From: Candidatus Pacebacteria bacterium UBA6180
Lineage (GTDB): Bacteria; Patescibacteriota; Microgenomatia; UBA1400; PJMF01
Direction: 5' to 3'
NCBI GenBank assembly: GCA_002422165.1
Contig: DITQ01000010.1
Location: 56,595-120,594, forward strand
DNA: 64,000 bases
Both the position numbers and the translations under genes were made by a program. Under the pieces are notes generated by a model. It was given only the letters and a program-made list of their open reading frames with translations. It had not been told where the DNA came from and ran no database searches. The stretch's first letter is position 1, and each line of letters begins with the position of its first letter. Below are positions 57,317-64,000 of this stretch, in pieces.

Positions 57317-57553
57317 TTTATATTCTAAAAATTTACCTTTAGTTTTAAAACACAGTTTCGTTCTTTAATTCAGTCCATTGAAGGCGCTGAGCTGCAGTGT
57401 AAACGAATTGCAATGCTCTTAGACAGCGCCTTCATTGAGTAAGAAGAAGATTGTTGATTTCAATGAAGCAAGCATTTTCGTCGCACGTGACTGGATTAAA
57501 GAACGAAACTGTGTTTGTATTATAACGCTAGATCTTAGCCAGGCCAAGCTCTT
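57317..57553 (-). promoter_or_regulatory. pheST promoter (TTGGCC-N17-TATAAT, minus strand) plus structured leader with nested or alternative hairpins and an 18-codon leader ORF
   Basis: The minus-sense sequence reads ...agagcTTGGCCtggctaagatctagcgtTATAATacaaacacag.... The 22-bp outer arms at 57348-57369 and 57495-57516 pair exactly. Inner hairpins tgaaggcgctg/cagcgccttca and cttcattga/tcaatgaag are mutually exclusive. The leader ORF at 57419-57475 encodes MLASLKSTIFFLLNEGAV. Confidence 0.5.
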
Positions 57554-57710
57554 TTAGGTAAGCTAACAAGTATAATTCTGGAGAATTTGATTGAAACTGA
57601 GGGTGTTTTTGCATAATTTGTCCTAAACTCTTAGCCTTGGAGGCTAAGACCTGATAGGCTTTGGAAGCCGAATTTTTTTCTGAGTCGACAAAATGCGTGT
57701 TGTCTGGCAT
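57528..57710 (-). CDS. Hypothetical 60-aa ORF between the rplT terminator and the pheST promoter (possibly spurious)
   Basis: No recognisable motif is present. Its 3' end overlaps the predicted pheST -35 region. Confidence 0.2.
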   Translation of the reverse strand: MPDNTHFVDSEKNSASKAYQVLASKAKSLGQIMQKHPQFQSNSPELYLLAYLKELGLAKI

Positions 57711-57785
57711 TTTTCGCTTCCTTTCTTTTTATTTAGAGTTTTCGCTTTCCGCCTCAGATGTTTTTTGAAACAAGGCCTATTAACG

Positions 57786-57820
57786 AAAAACCCCGCTTGG
57801 TGAAGCGGGGTTTTGGTTTT
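57786..57820. terminator. Bidirectional rho-independent terminator downstream of rplT
   Basis: The 8-bp GC-rich stem ccccgctt / aagcgggg with loop ggtg has an A-run on one side and a T-run on the other. Confidence 0.8.
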
Positions 57821-57935
57821 ACTTTAACTAATTTATGTACCAATTACCCCACTCTTCCCTTCATCAAGAAGCTTTGAAAAGAAATAATGGTGTGTTGGCG
57901 ACAAGCTTTGAACATTGAATTTATTATTTATACAC

Positions 57936-58289
57936 TTATTTTTGGGTTTTGGCAACAATTTCCTTAAAAGTGTCAAAATCTTTGACGGCGATCTCAGAAA
58001 GCATCTTGCGGTTGAGTTCAATCTTGGCAGTTTTGAGAGCCTTGATAAATCTGGAATAGTTGAGACTCTCACCAATTGATTTGACAGCGGCGGTGATGCG
58101 GACGATCCACAAGCGACGAATATCTCTTTTGCGCAATTTGCGACCAATGTAGGCGTATTGGCCAGCGTGAAGCAGGGCTTCATGAGCGCGTTTGTAGAGG
58201 CGGTTATTGGTGCCACGAAAACCCTTGGTGAGTTTCAGGACTTTTTTGTGGCGTTTGTGACGAACAACGCTAGTTTTGGTTCTGGACAT
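57936..58289 (-). CDS. rplT: 50S ribosomal protein L20
   Basis: MSRTKTSVVRHKRHKKVLKLTKGFRG is the canonical L20 N-terminus. Confidence 0.93.
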   Translation of the reverse strand: MSRTKTSVVRHKRHKKVLKLTKGFRGTNNRLYKRAHEALLHAGQYAYIGRKLRKRDIRRLWIVRITAAVKSIGESLNYSRFIKALKTAKIELNRKMLSEIAVKDFDTFKEIVAKTQK

Positions 58290-58315
58290 AATCTAATCTT
58301 TCTAGTTGATGCAAC

Positions 58316-58519
58316 TTAGGCGAGACCAAGCATTTTCTTGATCTTCAGGGCAAATCTGCCGGTGACTTCGACTGGAATGCGGTAATTTCTAATGGCTTTT
58401 TTGCTTTTGTTCTTGCGCAAGTGGCGGCGGTTTTGGATGCGACGCATGACCTTACCGGTGGCTGTCAAATGAAAACGTCTAGCGACGCCTTTTCTGGTTT
58501 TTACTTTGATTTTTTTCAT
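58316..58519 (-). CDS. rpmI: 50S ribosomal protein L35
   Basis: MKKIKVKTRKGVARRFHLTATGKV is the L35 signature. Confidence 0.9.
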   Translation of the reverse strand: MKKIKVKTRKGVARRFHLTATGKVMRRIQNRRHLRKNKSKKAIRNYRIPVEVTGRFALKIKKMLGLA

Positions 58520-58527
58520 AGTTTTCC

Positions 58528-59157
58528 CTATTTTTTCTTGCCAATTGGGTCGATTTGTGCTTGTAGCTTCTTGCCAAGCAGTTTTGGCTCGATGCCTACT
58601 TTGCCCAAATCTTCATTTTCTTTAAAAATCCTGTTAATGACCTCGAAGCCGAGATCTTTGCGGACAATTTGACGACCCTTGAAGGTTAATGTCAATTTGA
58701 CCTTGTTGCCCTTTTCCAAAAAGTCTCTAACCTTACGGTTGCGAGCTTCGAAATCTGCTTCGCCCATGAAGGGGGTGAAGCGCAGCTCCTTGAGTTCCAG
58801 AGTCTTGGACTTTTTGCGCGTATCAGCCGTCTTTTTCTTGAGCTGATACTTGTATTTTGAAAGTTCAATAATCTTAACGACCGGCGGGTTAGCCTTCTCA
58901 GTGACTAAGACCAGGTCACTTTCTAACTCCATGGCTTTGGCCAGGGCCTCGTTGGAAGACATCTCTCCCAAGGATTCCCCAGACTCGCTTAGAACATACA
59001 CTTTGGGAAAACGAACCTGATGATTCGCCTTCACATATATTTGTTCGCTTCTATTTTTGTTGTATTTTTTTCTAATCACAAAAGATCGTTTATTATATAC
59101 CAATTGTTTAAAAATCTCGACGAGAGGAATTATAACCGATGAAGGCTGTTGTAGCAA
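58528..59157 (-). CDS. infC: Translation initiation factor IF-3 (true start uncertain, possibly a non-AUG start downstream of 59157)
   Basis: The C-terminal VKEIKFRPF-like ELRFTPFMGEADFEARNRKVRDFLEKGNKVKLTLTFKGRQI matches the IF3 C-domain. Synteny is infC-rpmI-rplT. Confidence 0.8.
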   Translation of the reverse strand: MLQQPSSVIIPLVEIFKQLVYNKRSFVIRKKYNKNRSEQIYVKANHQVRFPKVYVLSESGESLGEMSSNEALAKAMELESDLVLVTEKANPPVVKIIELSKYKYQLKKKTADTRKKSKTLELKELRFTPFMGEADFEARNRKVRDFLEKGNKVKLTLTFKGRQIVRKDLGFEVINRIFKENEDLGKVGIEPKLLGKKLQAQIDPIGKKK

Positions 59158-59183
59158 TTAGAGCTTGCGTTGCAAAAAGCGTG

Positions 59184-59290
59184 AGGGTCCGAAATTCGCG
59201 TTGCATCTTTCGTACCAAAAGGTCCGAAATTCGCGTTGCATCTTTCGTACCAGCTGCTTTTTGCCTTGCAAAAAGACAGGGTCCGAAATA
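59184..59290 (+). repeat. Tandem ~32-bp imperfect-palindrome repeats (locus B): GGGTCCGAAATTCGCGTTGCATCTTTCGTACC x2 plus partial third copy
   Basis: Near-identical units lie at 59184-59215 and 59220-59250. A partial gggtccgaaat sits at 59278-59288. The reverse complement matches locus A (5710-5741) at 30 of 32 positions. Confidence 0.8.
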
Positions 59291-59311
59291 TAATCACCAG
59301 TTGTTGTGAGT

Positions 59312-59386
59312 CGAGCTTGTAGCTCAGTTGGTTAGAGCGCTTCGTTGACATCGAAGAGGTCAGAGGTTCGAGTCCTCTCAAGCTCA
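59312..59386 (+). tRNA. tRNA-Val (anticodon GAC)
   Basis: The acceptor stem gagcttg / caagctc is perfect. The D-arm is tagctcagttggttagagc. The anticodon loop ttGACat reads GAC. A GGTTCGAGTCC T-arm is present. Confidence 0.85.
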
Positions 59387-59421
59387 CGATTTTTCAAACC
59401 AGTAATATAAAAAATAATAAA

Positions 59422-59646
59422 ATGACAGAGCAAAATATCGTAGGTTCACCACATCGATTAACTTCAGAGGAAGAGGCTGTTTGCGCATCTCGGGTATATG
59501 ACCAAGAATATTTAAATAAAATTGCTATTTTAGCCAATGAAAGAGGTATACCTGCAAATGTAATAGCAAGGGTTGTTTTATCAATGAAGCGAAACGCTTC
59601 AACTCCACATCGCTGGAGAGACTCGAGTTCTATGAAGGGAGTTTAA
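59422..59646 (+). CDS. Small hypothetical protein (74 aa)
   Basis: It lies immediately 3' of tRNA-Val. No motif I recognise is present. Confidence 0.3.
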   Translation: MTEQNIVGSPHRLTSEEEAVCASRVYDQEYLNKIAILANERGIPANVIARVVLSMKRNASTPHRWRDSSSMKGV

Positions 59647-59734
59647 ACTAATTTCTTTGGCAATTTTCACCCCATGGGAAACTCAATGGTTTTCAGCTCC
59701 AACTATATCAAATTATATCCAAATATGGTATAAT

Positions 59735-59743
59735 ATAGGCTGT
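59735..59743 (+). promoter_or_regulatory. Extended -10 promoter (TGgTATAAT) about 130 nt upstream of the GC-rich membrane-protein gene; strong RBS AAGGAGG at 59864-59870
   Basis: tggtataat is visible. aaggagg lies 6 nt before the ATG at 59876. Confidence 0.45.
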
Positions 59744-59875
59744 TCTTTCGAAACTGTGGCGATCGCTGCCACTTGGTTTGCGTGAGCAAATCTTCGGAGG
59801 AACGATCTTTAATAAAAATCATCATCCAGGCTCGCGGAGCTTGGAGGTGATTAGACAAACGCATAAGGAGGCGTT

Positions 59876-60637
59876 ATGAGCGGAAAGAGGTTTTTCATTG
59901 GGCTGAGTGCAATTGTAATCTCGCTCGCCCTGGGAGGCATCATGACCTCCCTCACCCGTGATCCGCGGTGGATTGAAATTCCACTGTGGCTCTACGGCGC
60001 CACCCTAGCACTGCTAGTGGTCTGGGGTCTTTACAGGCTATACCAGACAAAGGGGCCGGGGGTGGTGATTTTTGGAGGGATGGGAGTAGGCAGCATCGTT
60101 GCTTGCCTGCTACTGTCATACTTAGGGGGAATGTTCACGAGGTGGGGTTCCACGGTCAACGTGGCCAGCTCCCTTGGTGGATACCAAGGCAGCTGGTGGG
60201 AGTACATCGGTACTCCTGGCTTCATCTACTTGGGATTCCTGGCCGCCGCCTTTGTCACCATCTGGGTGACGGGGGCAAGCCGTTGGCTCCCAACCCTAAT
60301 TTTGGCTGGCGCCAGCTTTGCAGGCGCCCTCTATCTAGGTCAGGTAGAGGTGTTTTGGAAGGCGGCCGCTGGCGGCGCAATTAGCGTCGTCATCGGAACA
60401 GCCCTCGACCTAGGGCTGGTGAAGAAACCCTCCGCCAGCAGCGGCTTGACAGCCGTTGCTTTCGGTGCCATTGCCCACTCGATCATTTATCTGGTCGTGG
60501 GGGCGTTGCTCGCTCAGATTACTCTGAGCGTGGGGTTCTTCAATCCGTCTGCTGGGCAGACGGTCATCGCCGGCTTCCTCGCCGGTGCTGGTGTAACCAG
60601 CATGGTGAGGAACTACATTTTTTTGAGGGGGGTTTAA
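59876..60637 (+). CDS. Gly/Ala-rich polytopic membrane protein encoded by a markedly GC-richer segment (hypothetical, likely horizontally acquired)
   Basis: The 253-aa product has about seven TM helices and GxxxG-rich stretches. By eye its nucleotide composition is much more GC-rich than flanking genes. Confidence 0.55.
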   Translation: MSGKRFFIGLSAIVISLALGGIMTSLTRDPRWIEIPLWLYGATLALLVVWGLYRLYQTKGPGVVIFGGMGVGSIVACLLLSYLGGMFTRWGSTVNVASSLGGYQGSWWEYIGTPGFIYLGFLAAAFVTIWVTGASRWLPTLILAGASFAGALYLGQVEVFWKAAAGGAISVVIGTALDLGLVKKPSASSGLTAVAFGAIAHSIIYLVVGALLAQITLSVGFFNPSAGQTVIAGFLAGAGVTSMVRNYIFLRGV

Positions 60638-60653
60638 ATGCGTTTGTCGAAAA

Positions 60654-60700
60654 AGAGGTCTTGTGGAAGCGAAAGCGACCACAAGACCTCTTGATCTATT
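60654..60700 (+). terminator. Terminator-like hairpin after the GC-rich gene
   Basis: A 13-bp perfect stem agaggtcttgtgg / ccacaagacctct with a 12-nt loop is followed by a T-rich tract. Confidence 0.5.
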
Positions 60701-60836
60701 TATTTGACTGTGATTTTGTTCTAGTTAGCTGACAGCTTAAGCCAATTAACAAGCTTAAACTGACTATTTACTCTAAGGGTTGTTTTTTGTTAGACTGGTG
60801 GATGGCAGCTTTTTTGTTTTTAGGAACCCTCTCACC

Positions 60837-62387
60837 ATGCAGATCATGAGGCTGATTAGGAGAGTTTTTGCTCCTGTCCACAGGCTTACCACCAGCGAAC
60901 TACTTGCCAATTTCAAGCAATCTAACTTTTTGAAGCGTTTGCTTGGCATGGCAAAAGTCGGCGATCGCCGCTCTGCTTTAGTGCGGGCCAAAGCAGTTTA
61001 CCAGCAGCTCATCGGTGACAAGCATCACCAAGGTCAGCTAAATTCTCTTGAAGTCGAAAACATTTTTCTCACTCAAACTGGAGTACTGGTTTTTTACCAT
61101 GTCGTCCAAGGACAGCAAATTCAAATTTGGACGATGCTTTTCGAAACTGCTTCGCCACGCCATTTCCTGTGGCGCAAACCGCGTTTGATTACGGAGTTCA
61201 GAGATGAGGGGGACGAGTGGCGTTTCATCTCGCTGCAGCAAACTGACTCGAACTTTGAAGCCTTCTGGCACTCCAAACTTTTGGGTCAACTGCTCAAGGT
61301 TTATCCCAGATACCGCTTTCAGCGGCAAATCGAACTCAAAAACCCTATTCCTCTACTGATGAAGCCGCATCACTACAACCCGATGATAAGTCCGCACCTC
61401 AGAAATTCTTGGGAGGCGCTTTCGACTTTCAACCCAGCGGCTTTTTACGCTGCTGATCAAGTACATTTACTTTACCGTGCGCAAGGTTTTGACTATGTTT
61501 CGCAAATTGGTTACGCGACTAGCAGCGATGGCCTCACTGTTACCAAGCGTTTTACAGAGCCTATTTATCGACCGACAGCTGCATTTGAGGGAGCGAGTTT
61601 GCCACCTGGTGATCCAGCTGGCCAATTTGCTTCTGGTGGCGGCAGTGGTGGGATTGAAGACCCGCGTGCGACTGTTATCGATGATCGCGTTTACATGACC
61701 TACGTCGCTTATGACGGTTGGAGTCCGCCGCGAGTGGCCTTGACCTCGATTGCCTTGACTGATTTTCTGAATCACAATTTCCTCTGGGAGAAGCCGGTTT
61801 TAATTTCGCCTCCAGGCATAGTCGATAAGAGTGCCGTAATTTTTCCGGAGAAGATCAATGGCAAATACGTCATCATGCATCGAGTTTTCCCAGATATCTT
61901 AATTGACTATGTCGATTCTTTGGATTTCGATGGTAATACTTTTCTAACTGGTCAACACAAAATTTCTCCGCGCTCTCGTGATTTTTGGGACAGTCGCAAA
62001 GTTGGTGCTGGCGCACCACCCCTCAAAACCCCAGCCGGCTGGCTACTCATTTACCAGGGAGTGGATGACAAAGACGCTAGTGAATACAAGGTTGGAGCGA
62101 TGCTATTAGATCTAAATGACCCTGCCAAAGTCTTGGCTAGATCCGCTGAGCCGATTCTTCTACCCAGAGAAAAATATGAGAATAATGGTTTTAAGGCAGG
62201 CGTAGTTTACCCCTGTGGCGCCCTGATCAAAGACGACACTTTGTTCGTCTATTATGGCGGAGCTGACTCTTACGTCTGTGTCGCTACTGCTGTGCTAAAC
62301 AAATTTCTCGAAGCTTTACAAAAAACTGGCAACACCAATTTAAACTCAGTCTTATTGGCTGTAGAACAGGAAGATCCTCATGAGTAA
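60837..62387 (+). CDS. GH130-family glycoside phosphorylase/hydrolase with ~190-aa uncharacterised N-terminal region
   Basis: The C-terminal ~320 aa carry GH130 hallmarks: GIEDPRATVIDDRVYMTYVAYDG, VVYPCGALIKDDTLFVYYGGAD, WDSRKVGAG. The ORF track begins at a TTG at 60780, and the first ATG is at 60837. Confidence 0.7.
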   Translation: MQIMRLIRRVFAPVHRLTTSELLANFKQSNFLKRLLGMAKVGDRRSALVRAKAVYQQLIGDKHHQGQLNSLEVENIFLTQTGVLVFYHVVQGQQIQIWTMLFETASPRHFLWRKPRLITEFRDEGDEWRFISLQQTDSNFEAFWHSKLLGQLLKVYPRYRFQRQIELKNPIPLLMKPHHYNPMISPHLRNSWEALSTFNPAAFYAADQVHLLYRAQGFDYVSQIGYATSSDGLTVTKRFTEPIYRPTAAFEGASLPPGDPAGQFASGGGSGGIEDPRATVIDDRVYMTYVAYDGWSPPRVALTSIALTDFLNHNFLWEKPVLISPPGIVDKSAVIFPEKINGKYVIMHRVFPDILIDYVDSLDFDGNTFLTGQHKISPRSRDFWDSRKVGAGAPPLKTPAGWLLIYQGVDDKDASEYKVGAMLLDLNDPAKVLARSAEPILLPREKYENNGFKAGVVYPCGALIKDDTLFVYYGGADSYVCVATAVLNKFLEALQKTGNTNLNSVLLAVEQEDPHE

Positions 62388-64000
62388 AATTCTTGCCCGT
62401 CGCTGCGACCGCAACCCCTTGCTGATTCCCGACGAGCAATTGCTTTGGCAGGCCCGGGCAGTCTTTAACGCTTGTCCAGTTGACCTTGGTGAGAAAATTG
62501 GCTTACTGTATCGAGCAGAATCAGAAGAACAGGAGTTTGAAGGTCGATCTTACCGCGTTTCGACTATTGGTTACGCTGAGAGCAATGACAGGAACGAGAT
62601 TTCTGGAATCAGGCAATTCATCTCGCCTTCAGAAAGTTTTGATAAATTTGGCTGTGAAGATCCGCGAGTTACCAAAATAGACGATCAATACTTGATTTTT
62701 TATACAGCGCTCTCTGATTTTCCACCCTCGGCTGATTCCATCAAAGTTGGCTTAGCCATAAGTCCTGATCTAAAAACCGTTGCCGCTAAACACCTAGTTA
62801 CCCCCTTCAACGCCAAAGCAATGGTGCTTTTTCCAGAGAAAATCAATGGTCAATACGTGGCGATTTTGACCGTCAACACGGATCGCCCACCTTCCAGCAT
62901 TGCTCTGGTGCGCTTCGATCGTTTGGAGCAAATTTGGGATCAGCAGTTTTGGTGTGACTGGTACGCTACTTATGAGGAGAAAACTTTGCCTATTCAGCGC
63001 TTAAATACCGATCACGTCGAAGTTGGTGCGGTGCCTGTTAAAACCAGTGCGGGTTGGATTATGGTTTATGCTCACATACAGCACTACCAAAATTCAGAGC
63101 AGCGCATTTTTGGGATCGAAGCAGTTCTGCTTGATTTGGACGATCCGAGTCGCATAATTGGTCGCACCACTGAGCCATTTTTGCAGCCAGAGCTAGAGTA
63201 CGAAAGAAAAGGTGTGATTCCCAATGTCATCTTTCCTTCTGGGGCAATTATTAGGCAGGATGAGCTGCGCATTTATTACGGAGCGGCAGACACGGTGGTG
63301 GCGATGGCGCGCTTGAAGCTAGATGCACTACTGAGCTACTTACAGCAGAATGTTCATTTGGTAGCACCCAAACTGATCAGGTTCAGGGGAAACCCCATCC
63401 TGACACCCATTGAACAAGTCAACTGGCGTGCTCAGGCTGTTTTTAATTCTGCCGCAGTTTATGCCAATGATAAATTTCATTTGCTTTATCGCGCCATGTC
63501 ACCAGACAACACCTCGACAATTGGCTACGCCAGCAGTCGAGATGGTTTCAACTTCGATGAGCAGAGTTTGGAGCCAGTTTACATTCCGCGGATGAGTTTT
63601 GAGCAAAAAACCAGAGTAAATGATTTTTCTGGCTGCGAAGATCCAAGACTGACGCTTTTTGAAGACAGGTTTTATATGTTTTATACTGCTTACGATGGTA
63701 TTCGCCCACCTCAGGTGGCTCTGACTAGCATCGCAGTTGCTGATTTTGCTAGGCAGGAATGGCTGTGGAGCGAGCCGATCTTGATTTCTGATCCGACCAC
63801 TGATAACAAAAATGCTTGCTTGTTCCCCAGGAAAATCAAGGATAAGTTTGTCATTTTACACCGCGTTCTTGGTCAAGACATCGCCATAGATCTTGTGGAC
63901 GATTTAGAGTTTAAGCAAGGTTCTTGGTTGGAGAAGGAGGGTTTGATTTCTGCGCGTGCTGGTCACTGGGACAGCGCCAAGATTGGCATCGCTGGTCCAC
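62380..64000 (+). CDS. Tandem double GH130-domain protein (3' end beyond window); ATGA-type overlap with upstream GH130 gene
   Basis: Manual translation from ATG at 62380 gives at least 540 codons without a stop. Domain 1 has GCEDPRVTKIDDQYLIFYTA and IFPSGAIIRQDELRIYYGAAD. Domain 2 begins at about 63360 with GCEDPRLTLFEDRFYMFYTAYDG. It is absent from the ORF track because it has no in-window stop. Confidence 0.7.
   Translation, partial: MSKILARRCDRNPLLIPDEQLLWQARAVFNACPVDLGEKIGLLYRAESEEQEFEGRSYRVSTIGYAESNDRNEISGIRQFISPSESFDKFGCEDPRVTKIDDQYLIFYTALSDFPPSADSIKVGLAISPDLKTVAAKHLVTPFNAKAMVLFPEKINGQYVAILTVNTDRPPSSIALVRFDRLEQIWDQQFWCDWYATYEEKTLPIQRLNTDHVEVGAVPVKTSAGWIMVYAHIQHYQNSEQRIFGIEAVLLDLDDPSRIIGRTTEPFLQPELEYERKGVIPNVIFPSGAIIRQDELRIYYGAADTVVAMARLKLDALLSYLQQNVHLVAPKLIRFRGNPILTPIEQVNWRAQAVFNSAAVYANDKFHLLYRAMSPDNTSTIGYASSRDGFNFDEQSLEPVYIPRMSFEQKTRVNDFSGCEDPRLTLFEDRFYMFYTAYDGIRPPQVALTSIAVADFARQEWLWSEPILISDPTTDNKNACLFPRKIKDKFVILHRVLGQDIAIDLVDDLEFKQGSWLEKEGLISARAGHWDSAKIGIAGP

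Noticed and set aside
57317-57530. T-box riboswitch upstream of pheS
   Set aside because: No T-box consensus (AGGGUGGNACCGCG) or specifier-loop architecture was found on the sense strand. The structure fits an attenuator-like or MITE-like element instead.
59130-59387. 85-aa minus-strand ORF (59130-59387) spanning the repeat array and tRNA-Val
   Set aside because: It overlaps a confidently predicted tRNA and the tandem palindromic repeats. It is most likely spurious.

Overview
This window reads as a compact, gene-dense bacterial chromosome segment of moderate to low GC. Housekeeping genes dominate. Replication and topology: dnaB, gyrB-ppaC-gyrA, a holB-like gene, recG and xerC/D. Translation: rpsB-tsf, rpsP, a possible rpmF, infC-rpmI-rplT, pheST, tyrS, and tRNA-Leu(CAA), tRNA-Ala(GGC) and tRNA-Val(GAC). 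One-carbon metabolism: glyA-folD. Cell envelope: lgt, a class A PBP and an O-antigen-ligase-like gene.

Two type IV pilus loci dominate the middle of the window. The first runs pilB-pilT-pilC-pilin-pilD, then a Cys-rich hypothetical, four minor pilins, and a divergent block with a pseudopilin, a large Cys-rich secreted protein with a Pro-Thr linker, and two membrane proteins. The second locus is pilM-pilN-pilO-like plus one more gene on the minus strand.

Several traits resemble reduced-genome lineages (CPR/Patescibacteria-like), though this is inference from gene style rather than from any search. These traits are a 153-aa EF-Ts, Lys/Ala/Pro- or Pro/Thr-rich extensions on S2, S16 and PBP1A, an ACP-like protein lacking the phosphopantetheine serine, and the T4P apparatus.

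The most unusual non-genic signals are listed here. (1) A ~32-bp imperfect-palindrome repeat occurs in tandem at two distant loci, in the same orientation relative to the downstream gene (a phosphoribosyltransferase and infC). (2) A 24-bp perfect inverted repeat pair brackets a ~165-bp divergent intergenic region (MITE-like or a cruciform operator). (3) The pheST leader carries a -35/-10 promoter, nested mutually exclusive hairpins and an 18-codon ORF with tandem Phe codons, suggesting attenuation. (4) A ~1-kb ORF-free gap at 16.3-17.4 kb contains internal repeats. (5) A markedly GC-richer islet lies directly 3' of tRNA-Val.

Unusual coding content includes a PLP-dependent histidine-decarboxylase homolog and an array of three consecutive GH130 glycoside-phosphorylase domains. 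The first GH130 domain carries a novel ~200-aa N-terminal region, and the last ORF runs off the window end. I did not recognise any CRISPR array, rRNA, transposase or canonical defense system.
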